Below, one piece after another: positions 1 through 13,618 of a stretch of DNA of 64,000 bases. How positions within the stretch are numbered: the stretch's first letter is position 1; every line of letters starts with the position of its first letter. The stretch spans positions 62,001-126,000 of the forward strand of contig JADIIX010000040.1 of assembly GCA_027604505.1 (NCBI GenBank). Reading direction: 5' to 3'. A program made the position numbers and the translations under genes. A model generated the notes under the pieces. It was not told where the DNA came from and made no database searches. It saw only the letters and a program-made list of their open reading frames with translations. The DNA is from Gonapodya sp. JEL0774 (lineage: Eukaryota).

Positions 1-1107
<1,107 letters not shown>

Positions 1108-1240
1108 GGGGTTACATTTCTGAGTTAAATGTACTCCAAGGGTTTCCGGGGGGGTATCGTGAATAGATTTCATTCCCGTGAATCGACAAAAGACAACTCT
1201 ATCAACAGCTAATATAAAAGAGAGCCTGCAGTCGAAACAA

Positions 1241-3208
1241 TTACTTAGCTACGGCCGGCTCTGGTGCTGCGGCGCCCGCCGATTGCATTCCAAACCATTC
1301 CAACATCGACATCTTCTTTTCCTTCATCTCTCTCATCTGCTTCTCGATTTCTTCAATCTGCTGCTTCCTTTGCTCCTCAGCCAGCTTTTTGAAGTTCTCC
1401 TGGTCCTTCAAGAATGTTTCTCGCATGGCCCGTGTTTGCGCGTCCATAATGTCAAAAGGTGTGGGCCCCAACACTGGGTCAACATTGTCCGTCAAAATCG
1501 CAGGCTGCTGCTCTAACATGCCTCTCCCGCGTCCAAACAAACCCTGCGTGACTCTCGCGACTGGATTGGAAGCATTTGCCGCTTGCGTCCGTTCAAGTTC
1601 CTCGCGGCGCTTGCGATCGTAGTCGTCGCGGAGCTTCTTTTGCCAGCGAGCAAACTCGGCGGGAACGTCTTTGCCGATGTAAGAGTGGAGAACGGGCCGG
1701 ACGTCCTCAACTCCAGAGAGAGCGAGCACTACGAATGGGGACGCGTTCCGGTGAGGCGAAAGTGGAGTGAAGAATGCGCTGCACAACTTACTTTCCAAGA
1801 AGGGAATCAGCTTGAGCAATCCATCGTCAACAGTGCTCCCATCCCATTTAGGAACAATAATAGCATTATCCCTCTGGAGCTTTATCGCTCTTTCGTCGAC
1901 GTCGATAGCAATCACTTTCTTGAGGTCGCGATTCAGATGAGACAAGTCCTTCTGATGTACGCCATCGACGTATTTTGTGGAGTCACGATAAAGGCGATAC
2001 ATGATGTAGCCGTAGGGGTCAAGCTTGTCAAGAAGAGGTTGTGCATTCTGACAAAGAACGAGTAAGACGTGGAGCAGCTTTAAGCGCCCGTTCCTAGGCT
2101 GATTATTTGACACTCACGTGTGGTTGACTTGTCGTAAACACAACAACCTCGTAAAACTGGCTCATGTACGACAAGAAGTATTCAACGCCCGGACGTTTCG
2201 CAGCACGCCAACCGTGTTCTGCAGTCCATTCGAGGTGGAGGAGAGTGTCGTTCAGATTTATAACTAGTGTGTAAGGGCGTCCATAAGGCTCAGGTAAAGG
2301 GTCGGGGAGAAGTGAAGGGCTGATGGGGTCAGTGAAGTACTTTGAAAGCGGAATGGTAAGCAAAGTGTCCAAACGACTTGAAGCGGTGGTCCCATTCCCA
2401 TCCCATCTCAGAAATAAGTTCAGCAATTTTCCTGTAGAGTGTGTATCACTGTCGTGGCAGCGAGGAGAGTGTTTATCACTTTCCTGGCGGTGATGTCGCC
2501 AAGTTCCCAGGCATTGTCGACTCCAAAACGATAACAGGCTCGGCCAGACAACGTACAGGCCCGGAGATCGACATAAAACCCAATACTCACGCTTTTCCAA
2601 CCCTTTAGCGTCGCTCCTGTTCTGGTAAACCAGCCTCCTGCGTCAGTCCACGAATCCTCCTTGCCAGGCCAACCACCAATAAGCACAAGTCCTCCTCCGA
2701 AGACACTCAAGATGTAAGCCCACGCGACGAGTGCGCTACCCTTTGGTTCTTCACTGGGGGGCGGTGGAGCATCTCGCGGCTGTTGGTTGGATGATCCTTC
2801 CTCTGTGGTCTCGCGACTTTCGGACTGCTGTGTCCCTACCCTCTGCTTCAGCATATCAGCGGCAAGTCCGCCTGTAGGAGATGATGTATCACGATTTCGT
2901 TGTCGGGATATTACGGAGGAGGTGAAGAAACGGGGTGATAAAAGACGAGACCCGTTGAGGAGGACGGACGAGGACGGAACAGTCGAAGTCAGTGGCGAAA
3001 ATGAGGAAAGGAGGGCGGAATGAAGAGCGGGTTGAATATGTGCAGCGGTCGGCAGCGAGCGGGCATCATCTGACTGATAGCGTGTGGTCGTCAAACGCTT
3101 TCGCGAAGCTCCCGACAACGCAATCCCCGCCAGTGATGGCAGTTTTGCGAGCAATCCAGCGGAGTTTTGCGTGCTGGATGCACTGTCGAGCAATGTGCGT
3201 GGAATCAT
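1241..3208 (-). CDS. TIM50: Mitochondrial import inner membrane translocase subunit Tim50 (spliced)
   Basis: Arg/Ser-rich presequence-like N-terminus, one TM segment ([20 protein letters not shown]), then [47 protein letters not shown] and [14 protein letters not shown] (NIF/FCP1-like domain). Start codon is approximate. Confidence 0.92.
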
Positions 3209-3449
3209 AGTCTACAAAGGACGATTGCGGGTGCCAACAGTTGAGTGGAATAAAACGCAAGGGACACATGACGTGGTGCTAGGGTGCACAGAACTCGAGC
3301 AACAGAACTGTAACTCACTTGGCAACTTCCTTGATGCAGTATGAACCGGAAAGGGACTTGGCCACACTTCAATGTGGAGGACGGTCGCTTACCAAAATAA
3401 AGGAGCAACCCAGGCCACCCATCGCCTTTGAACGGGTCGAGGACTTTCA

Positions 3450-6400
3450 TGTGTAATATGTATTGATAATATCAACTCTGAAAAGGTATTGTTTCATAAG
3501 TGAACGAACATAATGCCAAAGCATTATCTTTCTTTTGATAGCCGCAACTGTCAGGGCTGGGTTGCCCTCTGCCATGGGAAGTGTGAAGTCATGCCGAATA
3601 GGCCACAGACATGCACCTGCTCGCACACATGGGGAAGTCTTCTTCCCCTCTTCCCATCTTCTTGTACAATTTAGAAGGACACTGCCTACTACATGAGCTC
3701 GAAATTTCTCATATGAAAAAGCTTTTGTACATCACCTTGCATACACACTCGGCAGTGTCTATATTACACTTCAGGTCATCCCCAACAGCCTCACCAGCCC
3801 TAAGGTCTTTCTCTCTTGGTCTTTTTATCTGCAACTCTATCTTGGCCACCCAGTTTTGTGGCTGAAAATGGTGCAAAGTCGAAACCTCTGTGGCACAGGT
3901 AATGTCACTTATGTCTCGCACAACCTCTCCCAAATTGAGCCAATTCAGCCTTCTCCCCAATGTTACAATTGTCCAATCAATTTTCATCCATCTACCATGA
4001 CCCACACCTCTTTGGGATCTTCTCTTATAGGCTCTATCATCAGCCAAGAACAACCAGCATCTCTCTCACTCCAAAATGTGGCATATTCACTCAGTCTCTT
4101 GTAAAATGGGGTCATCTTCTCACTCATTGTCTTTAAAAGGCTCTCTCTAGTGCCAGTGCCAAAACTGTCATGGAAGTGGAAGCCGTTATCACGTCAGAAC
4201 ACCCATGCTCAAGAGATTCAGCACCACCTGCTTACCATCACCATTATAACAGGCAACCTTGCTACTCCAAAGGTGGTAATTCCCCTCAAATGTGAGGGAA
4301 ATGGAAGTGGTTCTGCCTTCTGGTCCCTTTGGAAGTGCCTTGTGCTTCTTAGCTCTGACTTGAGGAGTTTGGTGCCTTGCAAGTTGGGCCTCTGTTGCCC
4401 TTGCATTTGGCCAGAATTTCTTCCCTGGGAGCGATGTGGTTGCCTATTGGGATGGTCACAGTAATGCATTGGTGGTACTTGACCAAGTGTGGGTCTTCCA
4501 GCATGACCACAACTTCTACTTCCATGACAGTTTTTGGCAATGGCACCAGAGAGACACCTTATGAATGTAGATGACCTGCAAGAAGATCCCATCAGCAGGA
4601 GATCAACTGAATATTTGCATGCTTTAGAGAGAGTGAGATGGTGGATTGGTTTACAGGCTTTTCAGAGAAGTTGCCAGGGGGAGTTGGAGATGGATGCAAT
4701 TGGACCAGACAATTCTCAATTTTGGGAAGAAGGCTGAAGTAACTCAATTTGGGTGAGGTTGTGTGAGGTATGAGTGACCTTATCTTTGCCACAGAGGTTT
4801 AAACCCATTTTCAGCCACAAAGATTCGCATCAAGCAAATTTATCCAGCATGGCACCTTAGGTGACATGTTTTGCTCACTGCTAGGATAGTAACTGGTTTT
4901 GTTTGCGGTGCAGCGACTGCAGGGGGTGCTCTTAGACTCAAGGGTATAGTTGTCTTTAGGCTTCACTAGTAGCACTTCTGCTCCCAGAAGGAACATCAGC
5001 ACTGTGCATTTGCATATGTCTGCATTTATACATTCCAATCTAGACTTCTCTCTATCTTCAGGATGTGAGCTCCTTGGGGTCGCACAGCAATTGAATTTAA
5101 CGTCACAATTTTGCGTCTCTGCAAGTGGTATCCATGTGTCGCTTGGGGTGAGTGCTTTTACTAACACAGATTTGGAATTGCTTGTTTCTGAATTGCAAAC
5201 CCTCCTAGAATAGGACAGTCTGGTGGACTTGTAGGTCCCAGGAAGGGTGGTTGCACCATTTGAAGCATGTGTTTGTGTGGTGCACGCGGATCGCCCCTCA
5301 CAGTTGGTGTGTCACTTCCCTGATCAACAGCTATATCTGAGTAGTGCATAGGAGTGTTTTGGACAAGGTCCAGTCCACTGACATGGGATCTAATGTGCTC
5401 AGATGGACAGGGGAGAGGTTTGCTTGGTCTGCGCCAGACAGATAGTTCATATCTGGGGTGTAAGCTCTCCCAGAACACGTGTGCAGGGCAATTATAGTAA
5501 GTGCACAATTGCTACATCCATTAGCCAAGAAACATCACACTATCAGAGGGCAAGCACCAGCACCCCTCACAAAGCGAGCTTTACAGACTGGTGAGACGGA
5601 GTTTTGTGTGTTGGTACCACCCCTGATAGCTGGAACCCTGTGCTGCTCAAAAAGTATGATCAAGCTTAGATTGTGAAGACGAAGTGGGTGAGTGAGTGTT
5701 GTGTGCACCAAATTGTGCTGTCAGACAGAAGTGAAAGGTCTGTGTCTTGTCAAGTAAGTTCTGTTATATTGGTCCTCCTTGCAAAGTGTCTGTGGTAACC
5801 AGAGCTCACAAACTCATTACAAGACCTAAGTAATAGATTGCTGTTAGCAGGTGAGGTGTTGCACATTTGAAGTGGGAGGAGCAATGAGATTGGCTGATAG
5901 ATCATGACATGGCAGTAAGAGGGACACCAAACTGCTTGTGGAACCTTTGACTGTGTTTGGTTCACACTCCAAAGAGTTAGGCAAGGTGAAAGACTGAATC
6001 TGAAGATCAAGATCAACCTGGGACCTGACAAGGTCATCATGTTCTGGCAGCTTCAAGCCGATCTGAAACAGCCAGTGTAGATGCCATACCAATTGATGAA
6101 TGACCACACCAGTCATTGTAAACACACCACAAGCATGTACAGCAACACACCTATGCCTTCTATCCCTTTCCAAAATGACATCTCAGTTCAGGCTGAGAGA
6201 CACAGGTGAGGTCTTAAGTTCAACCTGGGAACTCGCAGGCCACTCTCCTGTGAGTGGGAGAGCCATAGTGTTCCTAGAGAGCACCACACAGAGTGGGGCA
6301 GGTTATCCTGCTCCAGCCTCCACATTGCGAAGATTTGGTCACCCTCACACACTGGAGGGTCATGTGACGCAGCACTTCATTCCAAGTCCAAATCACAAAT

Positions 6401-8200
6401 AGTATATGTCCTCATTGTGACGTACAGCAGACAAAAATATAATTTTTCAGAAATTCATGTCCAGCCACGTTTTGGCTGATCTTGAGCATGGTCTGTGTTG
6501 TTACCTCATCAGTCAAGAGATAACCTCCCAGCTCCTCTGCGCATGGTCTTGCAGGTCATGAAGAATGTGCAGATATGCACACCATTTAAAGGAATACGTG
6601 CTTTCATGGTGTGTGCTTCACAGAGCTTGCGTGTGACTGTGATTTAACCTGTTGCAACAGGGGGCAATGTACAGACCCTGGACAAGCCCACTTTCGAAAT
6701 TCACAGAGAACACAGTTTTTGTGATAAACAAAAATAAAAAGTGCCACTTATAGCTAGCAATTTGCTCTGTCAGACCCCTTGCAGCTGGCGTACGAGATGG
6801 TGGTGATGTTGAGCAATTGGATGATGAAAATTTCCTTTCACACATCCACCTTGTTTTTGCTCCAGATAGCTCAATTTTGGTCAGTCCTGAAGACATTACA
6901 GGAGAACGTTGTGCACAAATATGTAATCTAGATGTTTGTTATCTCAGAAATGATAGTTGTGTGCACAGAAGTGGGAAGAGGACAGAGAAGACCAGGACAC
7001 AGTGTCTGCTGAATGCTCTCCAGCTCGATGCCCCACTTTTCATGACTGCTTTCTCCCCTTGCAACATACATTGCGACCCCTGAGACACGCCAAAGCAGTA
7101 GAAGCTAACTTTAAGGTGCAAGTGGAGGTTCTTGCTTTGTATTTTATTCACAAACCAGGATCTAGTTTCGTAGGATTTCAATCATTTTCTCCACCCAAAT
7201 TAACACCACCAACACAAACCACTGACTTTATGATTTATGCCTATAGAAATGCACTCCTGATATAGCGATGGGAGCCATTGAAGATGACTATGTCCCCCAT
7301 GTTCACAAACCTGATGTGCTTGAAGTCAGGATCAGTATGCTGACCCTCCTTTTCAATCCTGCCCAACTGGACTGTTCTGAGTACAAAAAAATATCAGAGA
7401 CATCATTTTTTCAGTAAATTTTATGTTCCCCTTGCCAGATGGAGTTCACAGTGTGTTTTGGGCTCACGGGGATGGCAGTCAAAAGGATCTGTGTACTGAA
7501 CCCAGTTGGCTGTCACCAACGGGTTAAAGTGGTTGTGTGAATGATGACTGTGTGGCTGTGGACGTGCTCTCCAATCTGGTCCAGAACCCAGTGACTTGCA
7601 AAAATGAAAAAGTATCAACACTTGTTCAAGTGCCATGAATGAAAAGGATCCAAAGATGAGCAGAGATGTGAAGAGAATAAAGGATGTGGAATTGTTGAAG
7701 GCAAAGTGCACAGACAGTGTTCTGCAGAGTGCAACAGGGAGGTGGCCAGAAGAGAGATGGGACAAAGAACCACTTGCCATGTGAGCAGCCATTGTGAGCG
7801 CTCTCTTCCTTTTTGAGCCATTGGGCAAACAAAAAAGAAGATTTTGACGGGGTCTGCGTGAGAGTTCTGGAGTCCTTTCGGAAGGAAGTTGAAGCAGATA
7901 AAGAGAATAGAAGTTAACCCCGTAAGGTGAATTGTGCAGTCAAAGTAATGTGGACAAAATGAGCCAGCCAGAAGGCTGACTGCAAAAAAGTGTAGAAATG
8001 AACCAATGACATGATCTGTGAGAGCAGTGCAGATTTGCTGTTGCGTGGAGGTTTGGAGCATTATATGGGTAGCCAGACAAGGAGAGGCTATCTCCAATTG
8101 AAAGGTTGGGTACTGTCAGAGGTTGGAAGAGAATTTCTTGAAGTGGGTGATGTTAAACAACACGACACCCGGAGTGTAGAGCAGGCCAGAAGAACCTAGA
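3450..8200. mobile_element. CpG-depleted decayed repeat/transposon or pseudogene island
   Basis: CG dinucleotides nearly vanish (none in 3961-4080, against about 7 per 60 nt in TIM50) with a TG/CA excess. There are no long ORFs. The island has an internal diverged palindrome and a weak SWIM-like remnant CNIDTAECVCKVMYKSFFI on the minus strand at about 3710-3770. Boundaries are approximate. Confidence 0.6.
3855..4821. repeat. Diverged long inverted repeat (palindrome); arms about 3855-4300 and 4390-4821
   Basis: The reverse complement of about 4145-4182 (cttccacttccatgacagttttggcactggcactagagaga) matches about 4513-4553 (cttctacttccatgacagtttttggcaatggcaccagagaga). The peptide LGRRLNWLNLGEVVRDISDITCATEV..HFQPQ (minus) mirrors LGRRLK*LNLGEVV*GMSDLIFATEV*THFQPQ (plus). 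Confidence 0.85.
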
Positions 8201-9099
8201 ACTACGTATGAAGACGTTGAACTAGTACCACCACGGCAAATATACTTGTTTGCTCTTCTGGGCGTTCAATTTGTAGGCGCAAAAGAAGTTTAGACAAAGA
8301 ACATGTAATCACTTTCAAAAAGCACGTGTAGCGCGTGGCGACTCCCTGAGGACGTTTCCTGAGTGAAAGAAGTATTGTATTGTGTTCATGCTTTGCTCCT
8401 TTGTCCTTCTCGTCACGTTTCTGCTCGCTTTTTTCGTATTGTATTCAGCGTCCCCCAGTACAAGGGTTTGAACTATTTATATTACTACCGCTCTGTCCCC
8501 CCCAGATCCCACGATCCTATGGCTCTTCGTGTCTGCAACTACACTCTTCCTCTTTCTCTTCTCTGATTTGAACGCGGAGCTAAATGTAAACTCAGATATG
8601 AAAATGAGATTTTACGGGATGTCAAGACCTCTGGTCCCACGTGACCAGGACCTCGCAGTGTTCGGTCTGGGTTCAAATCCACGACCCCCCCATTTCCGAC
8701 CGATTCCCCTTTTACCCTCGACAGGTACCCTTGTTCCCCCTCGTTGTTTTTGTCTGAAAGGCCTGAACGGGTTGATGAGTTATACAAGAGAGGTTCAGCT
8801 CCTCCGTCGCCAAAAATTCTCCTTCATCCCGCTCCTACGGATATTTTGCTCTGTATCTGTTAGACAACGTACTGGTAGCATGGTGAATATCTGAGCTGGC
8901 CACGTTTTGAGTTTGGGAACTCGTGCTGAAAATCAAGAACACAGATACAAAGTCTCGAGTTGTTTCACACTTACATTCACATGATCCATTATGAACAATG
9001 CTTAGTGGCACATGTTTTCGAATCTCGTGTCTTCTATGAATCTTGTGATGCCGGGAATCGGACTCCAACGGCACAACTGGCACCACAACTCTCACAAAA

Positions 9100-10503
9100 A
9101 TGGAGGATCACGGAGGAGGCTCGTCCCCGGCCTTCACGAGAGCTCTAGTCAAGCGCACCTACAAAGTAAAGCCCCCTTCCAGACAGCCGCCACCTAGTCT
9201 CGCTTCGAGTGGAACCGCACAGGACGAGAACAAGGCACCATCTGGGGACGGCGGGCCAAAAGATCGCCCACTCCAGGCCGCAACTGTCAAAAGCTCGAAT
9301 ATCGCATCCAAGATCGGTGGTCTAAAGATGACGACAGGAGGGATGCGGACCGAAAACGATCGTGCGAAAGGTAAAGGTGAGAACTCCTTCTAGTGGTCCT
9401 TTTGTTCACTGAAATCATTCGACTTTACATTTTAGATAAAATACGTCCTTCTGTGGCATTCACACCGAAATTGACTGGAGCTGGTAGCTCTCCAACGATG
9501 GATTCCCTTCGAATGCCGTTGTCTGTGAAGTCCACGGGTCCAAAACCCATCTCAGCAACTGCCATAACTCGCAAGCTACCAAGCTTTCAACCAACTACTT
9601 CATTTCTTGGATCGATTCATAACACTGCTTCAGACGGTAAAAGGAATGTGGCTCGAGGGAAGCCAGGTGCTCCGATTATGGCCACAAAACGTCACGCTAC
9701 CAGGCAGTCTTTCGTCGTTTACGCTGATACCAGGGATCACGGTGGAGGCGGAGAGGGTAGAGTGAGCTCTACATCAGGGCCTCCAACGAAACGGAAAGGA
9801 TCGGTCTCTCCGCTGCTCCTCCAACCCGTCGACCCAAAGCACACGGCCGATCCCTCAATTGAAGAGTTGGCGTCTGCTCTCGAGCGTTCAATCACCTACG
9901 AAGATTTTACGGCGGGAATAGAGGGCGGCGAAGGAGATCTTGAAATGCCCATCAGCGAGAGTGAACCAAGTGTTGAACTGACTGGCCCTCCCGGCTGGGA
10001 ATTTCAAGAGGACCAGATAGATGCGATTATGGATCTCGAAGTGGCTCCTGGCCCTGTGGGAACAGTTGGGGAGCGGGGCACTTCAATCCTCTCAGGGTTC
10101 CTCGAGGCGACGCGCAACAAACGCCTTCCATCGGATGCACAGGCACCAAAACCTGGAGGCACTTTCCGAGCTGGGAAGAGTACCAGTGATCATTTCACAA
10201 CTGATGTGTGGAGGCACAAGAAGTATTCGTCAGAGGTACGCTCCCCTCTCAGAGTTGCTTTGACTTGTGACGGTTCAAACTCCACACCTCTAGTTTATGT
10301 TAAACTGAATTTCATTGTGCTCCTAGGTACCCTCCTCCCCTGATCCACTCCTGCAGTCCCCAGGCAGGTTTGGCTTCGGAAGTGGAACAATACGATCCGC
10401 AATGACATCCCAAAAACTTACAAATTCGGTACAGAATCAGGCCAGTCAGAAGCAACCCATGTGGCTGACTAGGGACAGTTCACCGGATCCGTTGGTGGAG
10501 TGA
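9100..10503 (+). CDS. Uncharacterised, Ser/Thr/Pro/Lys-rich, probably disordered protein (3 exons)
   Basis: ATG at 9100 (MEDHGGGSSP..). Introns at about 9371-9434 and 10236-10327 join long open frames, and the stop TGA is at 10501-10503. No recognisable domain. Confidence 0.6.
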
Positions 10504-11005
10504 GACGCTTATCGGAACTTCACATCGCAAACTGCAAAATGTTGGGATATCACAGCACTCAAGATGAAACTCTAGAAAACATTCAAGACACCGAAGGCAG
10601 TCTCGAAACATGTTGCTTCCGGACTTCAGCCACCTTGCGGTCGTTCAACTCGGAAAATGACCAGAATGTGAACCACGTCGGTGCGAGTGGCAGATAAACT
10701 TTACTTGCTTGTCATACAAATTTAAAATTGGCACGAAGAACTTCACAAAAAAAAATTCTTTTCATAAAATCGATGCACTGGCAACGGTTTGTGCGTGGCT
10801 CTACTTTATGATTCAAATCTCTCCGCATCTGCGACTGGTCAATTTGCTTTCTATTGGAGTTTCCACTCTGCTATCGGGCTCAGCGTCTCCTTGTACTTAT
10901 TGCAGGTTGTAACGGTTGTGTGCTGACTCTCGGTTGTGGCGGGTTCAGCCAGAATGGTTGCTAAAATCACATGCTGTGATTCAACCGCATCAAACTCGAA
11001 CAACC

Positions 11006-13216
11006 ATGAGTTCTCTGGTGTCGTCATCCATTTCACTATTGTCGAAGTTTGTTCCGACCAATGTCAAATCGCTGATCGTCCCAGAAGAAAATCAACAGTG
11101 AGCAACGAGCAATTCTAGTCTGCACTGAGAGTCTGAGTTCATCGATCCCCTGGTTTTAGACCCAGGCCCACGGCGCTCCTTGCTCAAACTGGTATAATCT
11201 AAAGACGATTTTGTGCTGACTCTTGAGTCTCTCTCTCACGTTTGGATTCCAACCCCTCCCGTGGTGCGGTGCAACCATCGTCAGCCTTCTCCTTACCAAA
11301 GACAGTGTACGGCCGCCTCACCGGATCCTCCATTTGTCCGCAATGTGCGTTGTGATGTTTCAACTCCATGAAACGATGTGACTCTTTTAATGAATGACGT
11401 TTCGGTGGAAGGGGCTCTCCACGAAGAGATGGCTTTCAATGCACTCCGTATTCTGGCCACAAATGCTGATGCCGCTTCCCCTCTTTCTCGCACACTCTCC
11501 CCGCCCCTACTTCGCCTCCAGTCTCTTTTCTGCTCAGAACGGATTGAGCCCATCACAAACACCGCACCAGATGGGTGTCCAATTCGAGGATACTGGATCG
11601 GATCTGCTCTTGACCCTGTGTCCGAAGTAGTGATTTTTTACATTCACGGAGGGGCATTTGTTGCGGGCCATCCTCTTCAGTCATGTCATGGGCTGGCGGA
11701 TTTGATGCACGTCATGTATCAGGAAATGGGGGTGATGTCCAGAGTGTGTGCCATAGAATATCCCCTAGCGCCAGAACATCCTTACCCGGCGGCCCTCGAG
11801 GCATGCGTGAGGGCTGTCAGATGGCTTGTGGACGTCATTGGTGCGAGAAAAATTGTCGTAAGTGAGTCTGAGTCTGGGCACCCAGCTCGCACCATTGTCT
11901 CAAAAAGCATCGCACCTGTCAGTGGGCGACTCTGCTGGTGGGAATCTGTCGCTCGCAACTCTTTTATACCTTCGCGACAAATTTCCAGCGCAATCATATC
12001 TCCACCATATCTTGGGGTGTATTCCCATTTCGCCTTTCGTTGACTTTCTCGGCCCTCGCACACCACCATCGTTGGGTGACTTCGATGAGGATCATTACGA
12101 GCCTGAAGTTGGAGGTATCACTACGGACTACTTGGGACTGCCGATGGGAAGAATCGCAGTAAGGTACTATCTAGGAACAAAGATGCGTGGATGGTATACA
12201 AGAGAAGGAGGTTGGGTGAGTACTCGTTCAGGGTATGGTAGCATTCAGCTCACATTTAATGTATAAACACACCTTCTCTGCAACGATGAACTCAACTCGG
12301 TTACTATCGGTAGCCGAACCCTTGGGACACGTCCCAGTGGGACGGTGGGTGGCACAATTCCTGGGACGAGATCCTTGGACTACTTCCGAAACTGCCTCCA
12401 CCCCGTTCCGATGACAAGGCAGCATCCTTAGTGGACAGCGTTCGTGGTAGGAGGAGATCAACATCGTCTGACCCAGACAAATCATCCGATCCTGAGCGTC
12501 GGAATGTGCTCACCTCGGCCCGATCCCGCACACTCCGCCGCCTCTCCCGACACCGCGATCGATCCTCTGCAGCGTCGTCAGAGCAAGGTCTTGGTCAGAT
12601 TGATATTGCCATGGCGGATTTAGAAGATGTGCATTCAGATGCGGGATCAGATGTGTCAGGGCACTCGGCGATGGATGTCTGGACGAGGAGACGATCGTTT
12701 TCGGGCATTGGTGGAGATGAAATGGCGAATGTACCTTTTCCGGACGTGGACGGCTTACCGAAGCCATATTATCGAAACCGAGAATTGTCCGATTATGACT
12801 TGGAGCGGATCTACCTCACACACTCTCTCTCGCCTTATGTGTCTCCATACCGCGCGGCGTCATTTGCGGGCTTACCACCGTTACTGTTCTTGGTGGGTCA
12901 GAGGGAGATGCTGTATGGAGATATCATAAAGTGTGTTCGAAAGGCGAGAAGGACTGTTGCGATGGATGACGCAAGAGCGGGCAACGTGGAAGGAGGGTTC
13001 AAGCAAAAGAGGAGAGGCTGGGGTCGCGTTGACGTACTGGAGGAAGTAGTGGGCGTGCATGTGTACCTTCTACTGCCTGAGCGACTTGTCGGTGGGAAGG
13101 GTATTCAAGGATTGCGAGAGATTGGGGCCTGGGTGGCTGATGTTGCGCGAGAAAGACGAGAGGAGGAAGCTCAATGGACCAGAGATCGGAACGGTGTGCT
13201 CCGTGGTCAGGAATGA
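11006..13216 (+). CDS. HSL/GDXG-family alpha/beta hydrolase (lipase/esterase) with a large internal insert
   Basis: Spliced model begins MSSLVSSS. It has the oxyanion motif YIHGGAF, EYPLAPEHPYPAAL, the nucleophile motif GDSAGGNL (after the intron at about 11858-11922), SPYVSP..LPPLLFLVGQREMLYGD and GVHVY. Confidence 0.88.
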
Positions 13217-13618
13217 AGGTGTTCATTGATTGTTGGAACAACCAATCACGGGAGTTCACACGAGTCTGTACCACAACATTTAATTTGCAATGAAAGTCAT
13301 GCAATTCGATTCCCTCTTTTCTTTTCATAGATCGCACGGTCGAACTTGTGTCTCTTCGCTGTTTTCACGTAAGGTCGAACCTCCTGTGGATGTGTCGGAA
13401 ATGTCTGTCTACTATTTGCATTTGCCTACTACTGATGACGAGCTGATTGTTAAGAGCCTCTCGTATGAGACATTTGTTCTTCCACAAGAGTTTGCATGTA
13501 GTAAAAACTGATTTATCCTCAGTGCAACATCCCCTTGTCCTGAGGATGTTGTGCAGAGAGTACGCGTCTCTCACTCCGATTTCAATTCGAGTTACCAGGT
13601 GCTCAGACAACTGACAAA

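Noticed and set aside
6700..7160. Possible second inverted repeat inside the CpG-poor island
   Set aside because: Only short AT-rich matches. The inner sequences do not align.
8620..8690. tRNA-like T-loop/B-box (gggttcaaatcc) with a neighbouring ctggtc..gaccag hairpin
   Set aside because: The T-stem does not pair properly, and no acceptor stem, A-box or cloverleaf can be built. tRNAscan-SE would settle it.
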